64,000 bases of DNA, taken from the NCBI RefSeq assembly GCF_009914755.1, contig NC_060925.1; one strand, written 5' to 3'. This DNA is from the human T2T-CHM13v2.0 reference genome, Homo sapiens. Positions within the stretch are counted from its first letter, which is position 1. Each line of letters starts with the position of its first letter. A program made the translations under genes and the position numbers. A model generated the notes under the pieces. The model was not told where the DNA came from. It searched no databases and saw only the letters and a list, made by a program, of their open reading frames with translations. Positions 12,670-26,569 of this stretch are shown in pieces.

Positions 12670-12875
12670 CAATGGTGTGCTGGAGTTGGCTCCTACCAGC
12701 TGTAAGAGTTGATGGTACACATCTTTTCCCAACTCTTTCTGTTCAGTGGTCATGTGTAGGTAGCTTGAAATTGACCATGGTGGGATATTTACATCACGGA
12801 AATCAGCAAATCCTACAGATAAAGAACATTTTCCTCCGGAAGTGCCAGTTGTTAAACAATTATTGTCAGCCATTG
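12670..12875 (+). mobile_element. MER63A (hAT-Blackjack MITE)
   Basis: caatggtgtgctggag...gtagcttgaaattgaccatggtggga.tatttacatcacggaaatc...gttgttaaaca matches the MER63A layout. Confidence 0.85.
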
Positions 12876-13674
12876 CCTTGGACTGTGGACAACATGAGGG
12901 CTGGACTGTGCCTTGCTCATCTCTGTCTTCCTGTTGAGTCTGATGGGGGTCTTGGGTGTTCCACAAGGAATGACTGAATGAGTGAGTGGGGGGATGAGGG
13001 AATGAAGTTTTGGAGATAATGGAGTAGAAAGTGAATGAATCCATGTCTGGCTGGATTTTGAGTTTCCATTGGGTCTGTCTGTCCTTCCTCCCAGGCCCTC
13101 CTCCTTCTCCCAGGCCCCTGGCTCTGAGCTCATTGCCTTAGGGTAGTTATGTGATAGGCAGGACACAGAAAGCCTGCAAGCCTTTCTGGCCTTTGTTCTG
13201 CAAATCTCTGAGCTTTTAAAATTGAGAGTGTTTACAGAGGAAGTAAAGGGGAGAAGGAGGATAAATGAGAGTACTTCTCAGAAACATAAAGGGGAGGAGG
13301 AGAGAGACAGGACCAGGTCTCTGTGTCCCAGGCAGCTTTGCTGGGGAGGTAACAAGAGCCCTGGGGGGAAGGGCTGTGGGTGCATCCAGGAGATGTTGCA
13401 TTTTGGTGGCAGAGGCAGCCAGATATGCAGGATCAAGTGGGGGCTCCCAGGTATAAGCAACGTGAGTCAACTCTCAGGGACTAAGTGTCCTTCCCTGCCT
13501 GGGCCCCACATCTTAACATCATGTAAGATTCCAGAAATGTGGAATGACCCCAGAAACTTGGGGTAAGAAATTAAGTTACAGGAAACAAAGAAAGTGATGT
13601 TTCTATCTTGCTCCTATGCGGGTTCCCATGATTGAGACCTGGGATTTATACTGCCACTCATGAATAATTTAGAT

Positions 13675-14001
13675 CAGAGGTTGGCAAACATTTTCTGTGA
13701 AGGGGCATATAGTAAATATTCTCAGCTCTGCAGGCCATATGGTCTCTGTCACAATTATTCAACTCTGCCATTGTAGTGCAAAAGCAGCCACAGACAATAC
13801 GGAAATATGAATGAGTGTGGCTGTGTTCCAGTGAAACTTTGTTTATGGACACTGAAATTTGAATTTCATATAATTTTCATATGTCTCAAAATCTTCTTTT
13901 TTTAATTTCCCCCCCAAACATTTACAAATGTAAAGAGCAGTCTTAGCTCACAGGCAGTGGCCAGATCTGGCCCAGGGGCCATACGGTTTGCTGAAACCCT
14001 G
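13675..14001 (+). mobile_element. MER58B (hAT-Charlie MITE)
   Basis: TIRs cagaggttggcaaac / gtttgctgaaaccctg, ~330 bp, characteristic internal sequence. Confidence 0.88.
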
Positions 14002-15699
14002 ATGGAGAGGACTGTGTGAGTGAGCAAATGTGCGCATCGGTCAACAAGGCAGCAGGGCACTAGTGCCTGGCAGAGGGGGCAGGAGAGCACCCTCACCTGA
14101 AGGAATAGTGAGAACCTGTCTGGAGCGAGGACACCCCCTCCTTTTTCCCTCTGCACCCTGCACCCCCACCCAGCCCTGCTACTGGCTCCCTGGGCCCTTA
14201 TGCCATCTGTGGCTATCCAAGGTGCCTGCCTGTAAGAGCTGGGCCTTCGGTGGGAGGATAGCTGGGCAGCTGGACCCAGCAAGCTGGGGGGGCCAGCCGT
14301 GTTCAGTCTCCGGGAAATGAGTGTGGACACAGCGCAGGCCCAGTGGGGCTGCCCACCCTGGAATGCCTGGATCAGGTTCCCGGTGGCGTCTGAGCTCTGT
14401 AAACACAGTGGCTGGACAGGCCACCTCTCTGACGTCCATTGAAGGCAGCTCTGCCCAGGAGGAAAGCAGGATTGGGTCTGACAATTTGACATAAGCCACA
14501 GGGCAGTGTCCAGAGGCTGGGGAAGCCCAGCGACCCCCCTCCCCAATGTCTCCATGCTTGCTTGAGTGGCAGCTGCTCCCAATTACCATCCTCTGTAGAG
14601 CCAGGGGTCTTCGGAGTGGGAAGCCCCTCAGAGATCTAGGCTGCCTCTTCTGACAAAGGTGAAGAAACTGAGGCCCAGAAAGGAGCAGACACTTGTTAAT
14701 TGCTGCAAGACTAGAGCTAGAAGCTTGGTCTCTGGCCTCCCACAACAGGGCTCTGGAAGATCTGAAGAAGATCCTTGGATGGCAGCTGGGAACTTGCCTC
14801 TCAACCTTCAGCTGCCCCTGGTAGGGGATTCCTTTGGACCCGTCAAGGAGCACTGGTGCGGGAGTCACTCACAGCCAAACCACACACAATGTCAAGTGTG
14901 AACACTTAGATGAATGGACATAGAGATCACAGTTGATGAACACCCACTAAGCACCAGGCTGTTAAATGCATAATATAGGCCAGCCATCTCTTGTGCCTTT
15001 TGTGGCCAGGCTGCTATTCACGTGGGAACACACTCATGGTAAATGCAGGCACATGCACACTGACATGTGCACACAATCACAGAGATGCATGGCCACGACC
15101 ACTGTATTAGTACAGCCCCTTGTTAACATGCACATCAGCAACTGTGTCTGTCCGTGTATGCTCTTGTCAGGGACACATACATGCTCACTTGTGCACATGT
15201 ATGCACACACACACCCCACACTCTCTCACACTTTTCCACTGGCAGCTCTGGCAGGTGTGCTGCCACTTGGACTTGAGATTAACAGTTCTCTCTGGGGTCT
15301 CTAGACTTTCACCTTTTTGTTCCTGATATATTTCAAAGTTCTACTGAAAAGTTTGAGGACAGGGGCTGAGGGAGGGGGCTGAGAATGGCAAAGCATTCGG
15401 CAAATGGGATAGCAAAGCAAGCAATTTAGAAAATTCTTGTCATTTTGAGCTCTTCCCAGAGATGCTCACGGGAGCCATAAAGATGCTCATGGCACCGGGC
15501 CTGCCGATGTCCAGCCTTGGGCTGGTCTCACTGCTGAGGAGCAGGCCTCCAGCTTCCTCAGGCCCAGCCTAGTCTCTTCATTGACACCAAGCCCACCACC
15601 CTCTGGTTGCTCCACCCTCCACTGAGAGTCCTGCTGGAGAGGGCTGTGCACACTCAACCCACTCTTCCCCAGACCAGGCTGCCCGGCTGCACACAACCT

Positions 15700-16260
15700 G
15701 CTGTAGGTTGATATGATGCAGCTAACGCTGAGAGCCAGGCACCATTTAGAGTGCTTTATATAGATTGGCTCATTGTCACAACAAACCTGTGTGTTACAAG
15801 GCCGGGCACGGTGGCTCACACCTGTAATCCCAGCACTTTGGGAGGCCGAGGCAGGTGGATCACAAGGTTAGGAGTCTGAGACCAGCCTGCCCAACATGGC
15901 GAAATCCTGTCTCTACTAAAAATACAAAAAATTAGCTGGGCATGGTGGCGGGCACCTGTAATCCCAGCTACTCGGGAGGCTGAGGCAGGATAATCACTTG
16001 AACCCAGGAGGTGGAGGTTGCAGTGAGCAGAGATCGATCTGCGCCACTGCACTCTAGCCTGGGCGACAGAGCGAGACTCTGTCTCAAAAACAAAAACAAA
16101 AACAAAAAACAAAAACAAAAAACCTGTGTGTTACAGACTATAGCTACATCCATCCTGCGGACAAAGAAACAGAGGCACAGAGAGGGAAAGCAACTGATCC
16201 TGAACCACAGGAAATAGAATAGCCAGGATTCACGTCTTAGCAATCTAGCTCACCCTCTTA
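15700..16260 (-). mobile_element. MIR interrupted by an Alu
   Basis: gccaggcacc...gtgcttta before the Alu and gaaacagaggcacagagaggg...gccaggattca after it. Confidence 0.7.
15800..16119 (+). mobile_element. AluS (Sg/Sx-like) with (A5C)n tail
   Basis: ggccgggcacggtggctcac...gagactctgtctc. 16-bp TSD AAACCTGTGTGTTACA at 15783-15798 and 16120-16135. Confidence 0.96.
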
Positions 16261-16949
16261 ATGGGTGGTAACAGTCACCATCTTAATCACTCTGTAGTGC
16301 CACCTGTTAGGACACAGGTCAGGTTAACTCCAAGAGGTTCCAGGACTTCAAGACCCCAGGGAGGACTGGGAGGAGGAGATTTGTACATCTTATGGGCACA
16401 AAGTGTGCCATGCCCTACTTTGTGCATGCCCTGTCCTGGGAGGGCCCATTGGCCTTGCCGCCATCAGATTCCACCCCTCAGGCTCTTTACACTGCAACAA
16501 GTGGATCCCTCTTCTAGCCCAGATATGGTCCTGCTAGCTCAACACCTCTGGACTGATGCAGTTTCCTTTAGGGTCCGTATTACAAGAGTTCCCACTGGAT
16601 ATAGCTAGGGCTAGAAGTGAGAATGCTGCACTGACAGGGCTGGGCTGTGCAGTCACCTGAGGTTGAATGTACAAAGGGGGACACAGTTCCCAAACCCATT
16701 CTTTCCTGCCCTGGGTCTTCTTCTCCCACTTGCATGTCTCATGCATGGTTTAAACTTCCCCACCTCCTACATTATGCTTATACTGTACAGTCTCCATTAC
16801 CTCCTCCAGCCTTCAAAGCTCACAATTGCCAACTCTTCTGGGAGCCTTCCTAGATCACACAGCTGGTATTGGCAGTCTCTGCAGGTCCCTTTTGCTCTGT
16901 GTCTGTGTCTTTATATAACCCCTCAGCCTGCCTTGGGTTGGATAGTTGC

Positions 16950-17180
16950 AACTGATTCTGTAGGTGCTTATTGAGTGCTGCCTATGTGCTAGGCGCTGGA
17001 AATACAGCTGTGAGCAAGACAGACATAGTCTGTACTTTCACGGAACTTCCAATCCTTCTTTGCTACTGGAATTAGGGGCTCTTCCACCAACTGGACCTTC
17101 TTAAATTTATTAATTTCATTCCCAGTGCCTGACACAGAAATAGCACGGAATAGGTGCTTAATGCATGTTTGAAGGATGGA
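16950..17180. mobile_element. L2 3' fragments, both orientations
   Basis: ttattgagtgctgcctatgtgctaggcgctgg...agacatagtc and cccagtgcctgacac...taggtgcttaatgcatgtttg. Confidence 0.65.
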
Positions 17181-17809
17181 ATTTGTAATCTTGGTTCTTT
17201 ATGATGCTTTAAAATTAATTTAAAAATAAATCAATTAATTTAAAAATTCAATCTGATTTACCATTCTAATTCAATTTGTTCTGGGAGGAGAGGGGTCCCC
17301 CAAGGGGCAGGGTGCAGGCTTGGGACCAGTCCTAGGCTGGTGGGGTGGGCGGGGATGGCCATCCTGTGGTGGTTGTGGCAGCAGCTGCAGAAGTGGACAC
17401 ATCTTTGTCTCTAGCCTTGGCCTGGCTGCCTGCCCACCCTCCCGCCTGCCATCCACATGGTGGAAATACTGACGAACAAGGCCCTTCCTGTCTTCCTCTC
17501 TTTCCCCCTTTTCTAAAAATAAGCTGGAATCTTCCCCTCATCTGCCCCCAATTTTCTCCTGCTTGACCCCGAAGACCTCATACCCTCAGATGAGGCCACA
17601 TGTGTGCCCACTGCTGGACAGATGGGCTGACCCCGCAGTGCAGATGGTGGGAGTGAGGAGCCCGCCCTGGCCTCTGCCCCAACCCAGCCGGCCCCTCCAG
17701 CTATGCCCTTCCTGGGAACAAAGCACTGGGCCAGCCCCTGGACTGCTGGTGGGATGGGAGAGAACTTGTTTGTAACAAAAATCTCCACCCGGGTTTTATG
17801 AACTGTCAT

Positions 17810-18396
<587 letters not shown>

Positions 18397-19519
18397 AGAT
18401 ATCTTCATATCATTCTTTTAGTTGCTATTTGTTGAGTTGGTATTAGTCACCTACTTGTGTGTCAAGCACTGTGCTGGGAGCTCCACCCTGACCCCAAGAG
18501 GAAGGAATTATTAAACTCACTTGGAGGAGGAGGAAGCTGAGACTCAGAGATGGAATGCGACTTGCCAAGGTCGTTCCGCGGTGAGACTGGGGCTTCAGTG
18601 TTTGGACGGAGGGCTGCCTGACTCCAGAGTTTTTTCTCTGCAAAACAACTCACAACAGTTGGCATCATGTGCTACCTTTTCTTGTTAAGTAATTATTAAT
18701 AATTTGACAGAACATCTTTTGAGTGTCTGCTCTGTGTCAAGCATATGGACACAGGGATGAGCGAGACCCACACAACCTGCCCTAGTGGGCTTTATGAATT
18801 AGTGGAAGATGGACATGTAAATGGCAATTATGGTGCAGAGTGATAAACCATTATTAGCCATAATAGTAAGCTTTGCACAGTGCTTATTGCTCACTGAGGG
18901 CCCTCAAGGGAAATCTGGCCATTTCCATGTGATGCTGAAAACGGTCTGCTGGCCTCCCTGTGGCTGCAGCTTCATGTCTGAGCCTCCTGGCCTGGCATCC
19001 CAGGCCGTGGTGATGTGGTAGAGCCCACCTCTCCATCTTTGTCCCCTCCTGGCACCCTACCTCACTTTGTGCTCCAGCACCACCTAACTGCTAGAGGTAC
19101 CTCACACACTGGGAGTTTCTCACCTTGGCTGCTTTATCCTGCTTGGCGTCTGCTGGAAATGCCTCCTATCTCAGGCCCCACTTTCTCCTGGTTAACTCTT
19201 ACCCTGCAAAACTCAGCTCAGATGGTACCGCCTGCCCAGGATACATGCGGTGGTTGGAAGGGGGGGATTTTCCTCTAATTGGAGATGTTTGAGCCAAGGA
19301 TGGATGATCAGGGCAAAGAGACAAGTCATCTAATTTCTATGAGTTTCAGTTTCCTTTTCTGTGAAGTGGGCTCAAGAATAGGACTTAACTACAGGAAGAT
19401 AAGGGGATTGCTAGAGGGAAGCACAGTAGCCTGTGGGAGCAAAGTGGAGTGTAACCCAGCCTGTGGGGTCAGGAAAGCTTCCTGGAGGACTCAACACCAA
19501 GGAGAAGCCTCAGATGGTA

Positions 19520-19760
19520 TTAACGGCTAACACGTAATTGTGCTTCTTATGTGTGGGGTGCTGCTCTAAGCCCTTTGTGTATGTTAAATCATTTAATCTT
19601 TGTGACAACTCTGTGAGGCAAGTGCACCTCATTACACATCAGGAAATTGAGGCACAGGGAGATTAGGGGACCTGCTTAAGGCCACGCAGATAAGAAGGGG
19701 CAAAGCCTAAATTCTAACCCAGGCCCTTGGCTCCAGCATCCATGCTCTAGCCACTTACCT
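19520..19760 (-). mobile_element. MIR SINE
   Basis: catttaatctt...acaactctgtgagg...ggaaattgaggcacagggagatt...aaggccacgcag. Confidence 0.82.
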
Positions 19761-20139
19761 ACTAAGGAAGGGGAAGAGCAGCGGGGCTGGAACCTAGAGC
19801 GCAGCACCAGGGCCATGCTTGTCGTTCCCACACCCTCTCCCCTGCCCCTGCCTCCCAGCCTCCATGCTGGAGTGGGGTCCTGGATGAAGAGTCAGTGGGG
19901 TTGTTCTCCTGACTGGGCCCTGGGCCCTCGGATTCATTTCTGCCTGGAAGCCAAGGGGCATCACTCAGTTGGTGAGGAGCTATGACAGAAATGACTCTCT
20001 TCTTCCTCCCATTTGCAGGGGCTTTTCATGCCTTTCAAAGCACTTTTCCTGTCTGTGATCTAAGCCTATTTTTACTAATAGAGAAAGAGGCCAAGACAAA
20101 TCAAATGATCCCAGGACCCTTACCACAAAGTCATGATGG

Positions 20140-20240
20140 GTTTCCTCCCTCCCTCCCTCCTTCTCTCCTTCTTCCCTCCCTCCCTCCATCTCTCCCTCCT
20201 TCTCTTCTTTTCCTCTCATTTTCCTTTCCTTTTCTCTTGC
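20140..20240. repeat. CT-rich simple repeat
   Basis: (CCCT)n/(CTT)n pyrimidine tract. Confidence 0.85.
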
Positions 20241-20494
20241 CATAACTATTTATGTGGAGGAGGAGGGGAATAAGAGAATGAAATACGTAGGGGTTATAGA
20301 GTGGGAAGAGTACTGGACAGGAGTCAGAAGCCTTGATTTTTGGTCCTGGATTTGCCATTAATTTACCATATGACCTTAACAAGTCACTTTTTTCATCTTG
20401 ATAACTTGGGGTAGGGGGCTGTCACATTCATTCTTTTATTTGACAGAATTGTTGTAAGAATCAGTTCAATAATATTTGTTCTTACATCTGGCCA

Positions 20495-20740
20495 TCTATC
20501 CATCCATCTGTCCATCCATCCATCCATCCACCCATCCATCCATCCATCCATCCATTCATCCATCTGCTCATCCATCTACTCACTTATCCAACCATTCATC
20601 TGCCCACCCACTCATTTATCCATCCACCCATCTATGTCATCATCTATCTACTTATCATCCACCCACTGCCTCATTTACCATCCCTTTCACCTATCTACCA
20701 CTCATCCATCCACCCACGCGTCCATCATCCATCCATCCCC
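20495..20740. repeat. (CATC)n degenerate tetranucleotide repeat
   Basis: Runs of catccatccatc. Confidence 0.9.
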
Positions 20741-22839
20741 TGGGTCCCTGCTCTGTACCATGCACCATAAGAGAAGGGCTGTAACTGCCATCTCCCCAAG
20801 GTGATTTCCTAGCTTCTCTTGTGGAATCTGAAGGCCCATTCCTACTTTTTTCTTGGAAGAAATGTCTGTGCCTCCAGTGTCACACTCACCAGATACCTTT
20901 TGTCACAATCAGTCCTTAAACAGACTGGGAGGTCCTGAAGGGCAAGGACTGAGGTTGATTCAGCTCACTGTCCCCAGTCTTGTCCAGCCCTCACCCTATA
21001 TAAGCATCAATGACTGTTCTCTGAGTTCATGTCTGTTGAGCCCCTCCCACCGCCCCCATCCTAATTCATGCTCAGCTTTCGACGATAGTGTGAATTAGAG
21101 TGAGGGACCTGGAGTCAGATGGCAAACAGTTGCCTCGATGTCCTTTTCTCTTGGGAACCTTAGTCTTACTGTTTTTAGAGAAACATTCTTACCCTCTTTC
21201 TTCAGAGATCCAGAGAGGCTGAGTCCAAGTCAGGCTTACACAGCAAGCCAGTGAGAGACTTGGAATTGAAGCCCGGTCTTCTCATGCTAATGAGCAATCC
21301 CCACAGCCTCACTCATTCAGATGCTGCCCATGGAGACCTGCCACATGAGCTGCCAGGAGTGGGAGGCAGCTCTGAATCCCTAATCTTCCTCTCCATCTTG
21401 CTGGCCCTGGACCTGCCCCGTCAGCCCAAGCAGCCCTGTGGTACCAAGACCTGCTGGCTGCCCTGGCAAGACGTGGGGCTGGATCGGGATTGGAAGGCTA
21501 AGGGTTTGTTATTTTCGGGCTCAGGCCTGCTCCAGAGCTGCCAGGCCTCTGCTGCCTGGTGAGGACAACCCAGACTTTCCTGGTTCTGTCCAGCTGTGGC
21601 AGTCCCCAGGACCACGCTGAGTGACAGGGGTCAGGCCTCCCCCGGTGCCTGTGATGTGTCATTGGTAGCTGTGAGCTGGCCCCCCAGCTTCTCTGCTCCC
21701 AGAGGCCAGTCTCCTTAGGGAACGTGCACTTGATGGGCGGGCTGTAAACGAGCTGTCAGCAGAGGTGGTCTCGCCCCTCCCTCTCCTCCCTCCTGCCCTC
21801 CCTCCCTCAGAGTCTCAGAGCTCTCAGCCACATTGGAAGAATTAGGGGGCGGCTGGTGCAGGGAGGTGGCTGGTTCTCATGGTGGGGAGCGTGCATAAGT
21901 CCTAACACATTGGCACTGCGTGTGTGTGCTGGCCGCAGGAAGAGGGCCCTGGCTGTGTGGACGCCGTCCTGGGGGGCTTGGTAGGCAGGGCCTTCCCAGA
22001 AAGCCTTTCTCCCCAACTGGCCTCAGGACCTTTCTGGACCAGGGAGATGCCTCCAGTATTTTTCTGTTTGCATTCGTTATAGATTCTGCTCATCTTGTGT
22101 GGAAAAGATCCAGCCTGGGGCCTGGCTCTTGGGTCCTGGGTCAGCAAGATCTGCTGATGGGTGGCCTTGCGGGAGCCCTTTCCTTTCCATCTCTTTGTGG
22201 GGCTTCTATGGTCGCTAAGAGCTGTTGAGCTGACAATCTGGGATGCGGATCTACATTGTTTAGGAAGTGCTCACATCTACTCTCTTTACCCTCCACAACA
22301 ATCCTGCAGAGTTGGTACTCTCAGACCCACTTACAGATAGGAAGATGGAGTCTCAGAGAGGGCAAGGCACATGGCCAGAGTCACATGGCCAGAAAATGGC
22401 AGAGCTGGGATGGAAACCAGTTTGTCATATTACAAAGTCCATGCTTTTTAACTTCTCTGTGTCCTTCCTGAAATCTGATGTTTTATAGGTCTCGAATGCC
22501 TGCTGTATACCCAACCCCGTGACGCTGTGGACTAGGTGGGGGCTGTGGCTCCTGCCCTCACTGAACAGGGAGCCCAGGTCCAAGGGCACAGACAGTGTCA
22601 CCAAGGTTGGGGTCTCCTGTGTCTATAGGAGTGGTCAAGATGGCCAGGGCTACTGGAGTGGGCACAGCCAGCACCCCTGACTGACACTGCCAGGGGGCTG
22701 GAGGGGGCGCCAGCTGAGAACCCCAGGGACGGTGCTGAAAGGGAAGGGGGTTATATAGATGTTCCTACCCCTGCTGCCTCCCTCCCATTTTTGTGATAAT
22801 TCAACAAGGCCTCCACTCCTCTCTTTATATCATTAAGAA

Positions 22840-23070
22840 GTCATAGTAGCTAAAGATGTACAGGGTGCTTGCTACTTGCTGTGTGCTGCATGAAGCCTTT
22901 TAGACGCATGCTGTGATTGAAACCTCACAACTACACTGTGGATGAGGTCCTATTATTATTCACATTTTAGAAATGAGAGAACAGACTCTGGGGCAGAGCT
23001 TCTGGCTCCAAGTCTTATGGTGCTAAGTAGCAGGGCAGGGATTTTATTTGACCCCAGGTCTGTGTGGGAC
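22840..23070 (-). mobile_element. MIR SINE
   Basis: cctcacaactacac...tattattattcacattttagaaatgag...ggattttatttgacccaggtctg. Confidence 0.75.
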
Positions 23071-24973
23071 CGTGCTACTCTCTCAACACAGGGCCACTTC
23101 CTGAGGAGGCAGCAGGAGCAGGAGCCGCCACCAGCCCTTCCCAGCCCAGCTTAGACCGGAAGCAATTAGATGGGCTTTGTGAGGCCTGGAAGGAACTTGG
23201 GCCAGGGGATCAGGGCACCCCTGGACCTTTCTCTGGTTCTCAGTCTGCTTCTCCATCAAATGGGGTAGCTTCCTTCTTCCCCCGGCCTCTGGAGTTTCCT
23301 GGGAGATATGGGTGGGCTTGAGGTGTCGAGAGTCTGCTCCAAGATGAAATGTGGCTGGAGATTCTGGAGTCCGGACCATCGGGAAGAGGCAAGACTGTCC
23401 CAGTCTGGGGGGCCGTGCGTCCTTTGGTGGCTCTATGAGCATCCAGCGCTCACCTCGCCGACCGCCAGGGCTGGAACTGGCAACACATGGATTTGATTGG
23501 GAAATCCGTGTGGGGGGTCTGGGGTGGGGGAGCAGGGGTGGAACAGCTGATCAGCCTAAAAATAGCAGAGCCTGGAATTCTGGGGGTGCCCCATTCCAAA
23601 TTTGGAAGTGGCCTGTAATGTTCTCTGTATCGGGCACCCTACGTGGGTGGCTTTTTGACGACTTGGGCAAGCACTATTATGGCAGCCGCACTGGGACAGG
23701 GAAGGTCTGGGCTCTGGTCCTGGCACAGCCTCTCCCTGGCTGAGTGACCTGGGCAGAGAAGGCCCATACCTTCTCTGGATGTCTGCCATTCGCCTTGCCC
23801 CAGCTGCTTGATAATTTCTGCCCTGGTCTTCTGGCAAGGTGGTTAGAGAGATGCATTTGGATAAATGTAAACTGTGAAGTGTTGCATATACATTTGTGGT
23901 CACCGGAAAAAGGGAAGGCACCCTGGGAGGGAAGATTTTATTACAGTGTCCAGGTATAGCTTCCAATGCCTTCCCGTCACTCCCAGCCTATTCTCTTAGA
24001 TGTTTCCTGTTGCTTCTTCATAGAAAACGCTTCCTTTGCTGGAGCTAAAATCAGAATGGCACCCCCGTGGAACTGGCTGTGCTGACAGGTACCAAACTTT
24101 CTGTCACTGGAGGCATTCAAGACATAGGCAGACAATACCTGGCAGGGATATCATTTATGGTTTAGACTAGATGCTGATGAACTTCCTCTGACCCTCAGAA
24201 CCTGATCTTCTGTCCATGGGGGCTACACTCTACCTATTATATCTGACTTGGGAGTGTCCTGCTCAGATCTGGGGCAGACCCACTACCCTAGGGCCCCCTG
24301 CACTGATGGAGACTAAAGGACTTCAGCACCCTCACTGCCCATCAGTGTTCATGGGTCCAGTCTTCACCACACCTGAGCCTCCTCTTCTGGACATACTCCA
24401 ATGCTTTGGTTATGTAACCCCCAGGACATCAGTTTCCCCTGCAGAATGGAGATGTTAACGCCAGGCATTCCAGCTTCGCAGAACTGCGTAGGGACAAGAT
24501 GACATCATCTCGCAGGCACCTCAGAAACCACCAAATTCCCCTTCACTGACTTTGCTCTGGAGGATAGGCTGAGGTCTGGGGAGCAAGGTTCTGCTTAAGG
24601 TCGTATATGAAACACCGGCCGACCCAGCCCTTAAATCCTGGTTTCTCAGTCTACAGTCCTGTACTTGGAGCACACTCATGTACTGAGGGGTCTCACATCA
24701 TGACGAACCCCAGTTTGAGTCTTGCTAGTCACTGGCTGTGTGGTTGGGGCAAGTCATGTCACTTCTTTGTGCTTTGGTTTTCCTATCTGGGCACTATAAT
24801 GTCCCCTTAGGGAGCTGCAGAGTGGATTGGATGAGACAGCATGTGGGAGGAGGCCAGGCTCTAAGAAATCAGGCTGTGGAAGCAGCATGGGGCTGGCAGT
24901 TTGGAAATGCCCCTGAGCTAAGAGACAAGAAGGTAGAGGGGACTAGATAGCAGCAGAGCATCTTGAAGGAGTT

Positions 24974-25060
24974 GGGGTAGGGAAGACAGAGGTTACAGGA
25001 AATGGCAGACATTTTTTGTTGAATTAAACCATTAGGGGTGACCCCCAAGGGGTAGGGAAG
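24974..25060 (+). repeat. 63-bp templated insertion (copy of 27360-27422) between 12-bp direct repeats
   Basis: GGGGTAGGGAAG at 24974-24985 and 25049-25060. The insert at 24986-25048 matches 27360-27422 at 62/63 positions. Confidence 0.92.
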
Positions 25061-25410
25061 GAGTCTTGTCTTCAGAGGATCTCCTTGTTAAGGTCTGACT
25101 CATCCTGCAGTCCTTCCTGAGCCACTAGCAGAGCTGGCTTCTCCTCCCGGGCTTCCTTGAATTTTGTGATACCTGCTGACAGAAAAGCTTTTCAACACCA
25201 TAGGGGAGATGAACAAACTTGGGTTTGAAAGCCTTACTAACTGTTTGACCTTGGGGGAGTCACTCATGAAGGCTTAGTTTTCTCAGTTGTAAAATGGGCA
25301 CTAATAGTGTCAACCACATGACTATGCTGTGAAAATGAAGTAGCTTAATATTGAGAATGTGTATAAACAAATGGAGCCATTGTTGTGATGACAATGATGA
25401 CATCCGGTTA

Positions 25411-25935
25411 TTCACTCACTCATTCATTCAAAAACCCCACAATGCATTCATTCTCTGAGTTCTTGATGGACGCTAGAGACACCACAGGGGTCAAACACTC
25501 CCAGACTCTCAGGAGCTCAGAATCTAAGTGATCAGTGTGCAAACCCACAATTCCAACTCAAATATAGTGCAAGTTCCTGGGGTTGGGGGGTAAGGGAGAT
25601 AATCCTATCAGGTCCAGAGGACACACAGGAGACCCCAGGCTGCCAGCAGTCAGGGAAGGCTTCACAGAGAAGGAAACACTTAAGCCGAGAGTTGAAGGAG
25701 AAGCTGACTTCGCTCAGGTGGACAAGCTAGGAAAGACACCCCAGGCGAAGAGCACAGCATCTTCCACACCCAGAGGCAGGAAAAATAATGGGGACCCCTA
25801 AGCAGATTGGGGTGGTTGGAGCATAGAGTAGCATCCTGCACCCAAGACCCCACTAGGGTCTTAGGACCATCTCCTCGCCCAAGTGGCCGTGGAGAGTCAC
25901 AGCCAGAAGGACCCTACAGGAGGGCTGTGTTTTGA
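25411..25935 (+). repeat. Left arm of an inverted duplication, partly L2-derived
   Basis: Aligns to the reverse complement of ~27795-28279, with about 87% identity over a ~190-bp core. Confidence 0.9.
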
Positions 25936-25939
25936 TGAC

Positions 25940-25982
<43 letters not shown>
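25934..25982. repeat. (GAT)n trinucleotide microsatellite, ~16 units
   Basis: gatgacgatgatgat...gat. Confidence 0.97.
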
Positions 25983-26569
25983 TGAAAATGACTTGTTGCT
26001 GGCAGCACTGTCTAGGCCCTGCTTCCTGAAGAGTGCTGCTTGCAGTTGGCTCGCAAATGCTCCCATAGGTTGGAGGTGCACAGGCAGTAGGAAATGGAGG
26101 CACTCAGTGCTCTTGGTAAATAGGAAAGAGCTCTGCAACAAGAATGCCCATCCAGGAGGGCCCTGAGGCTGCTGAGTTCCCCCCGTGGGGCTGTATCCAC
26201 CACTATGTCCCCTGGACCTAGCACAAGGTGGCATCAGTACTGTGAAGTGAGGGGGACCTTCAGAGAGGGACAGGGTCACACAGTCATCCCCACCGGCCTG
26301 CTCCTGCTGGCCTTTTCCGTCCCATCCATCTGGTTAGGCCGCTGCTGCCACTCCCCTGACAACCTGGTGGACAGCATCCTCACACAGGAGAGCTGGTAGG
26401 CTAGGCTGGCGGTCCCCACTGCCCTCCCCAGCTTCTGACCCACTCCCTTCACCCACCCTAGCTCCCGGGATTGTCCGTGGGCAAGCGGCAAACTTCCAAG
26501 GAGCCTTCAAAGCCATCCTTGTCTTCTTGACGAAAGGCATCTGGGGCCTGCCAACCCCTCCTCTGCCTG

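Noticed and set aside
24986-25048. 63-bp insert as a retroposed small RNA
   Set aside because: It has no poly(A) tail and no A-rich L1 endonuclease target, and a near-identical donor lies 2.4 kb away.
25914-26279. Poly-His or poly-Ser ORFs
   Set aside because: These are translations of the (GAT)n microsatellite.
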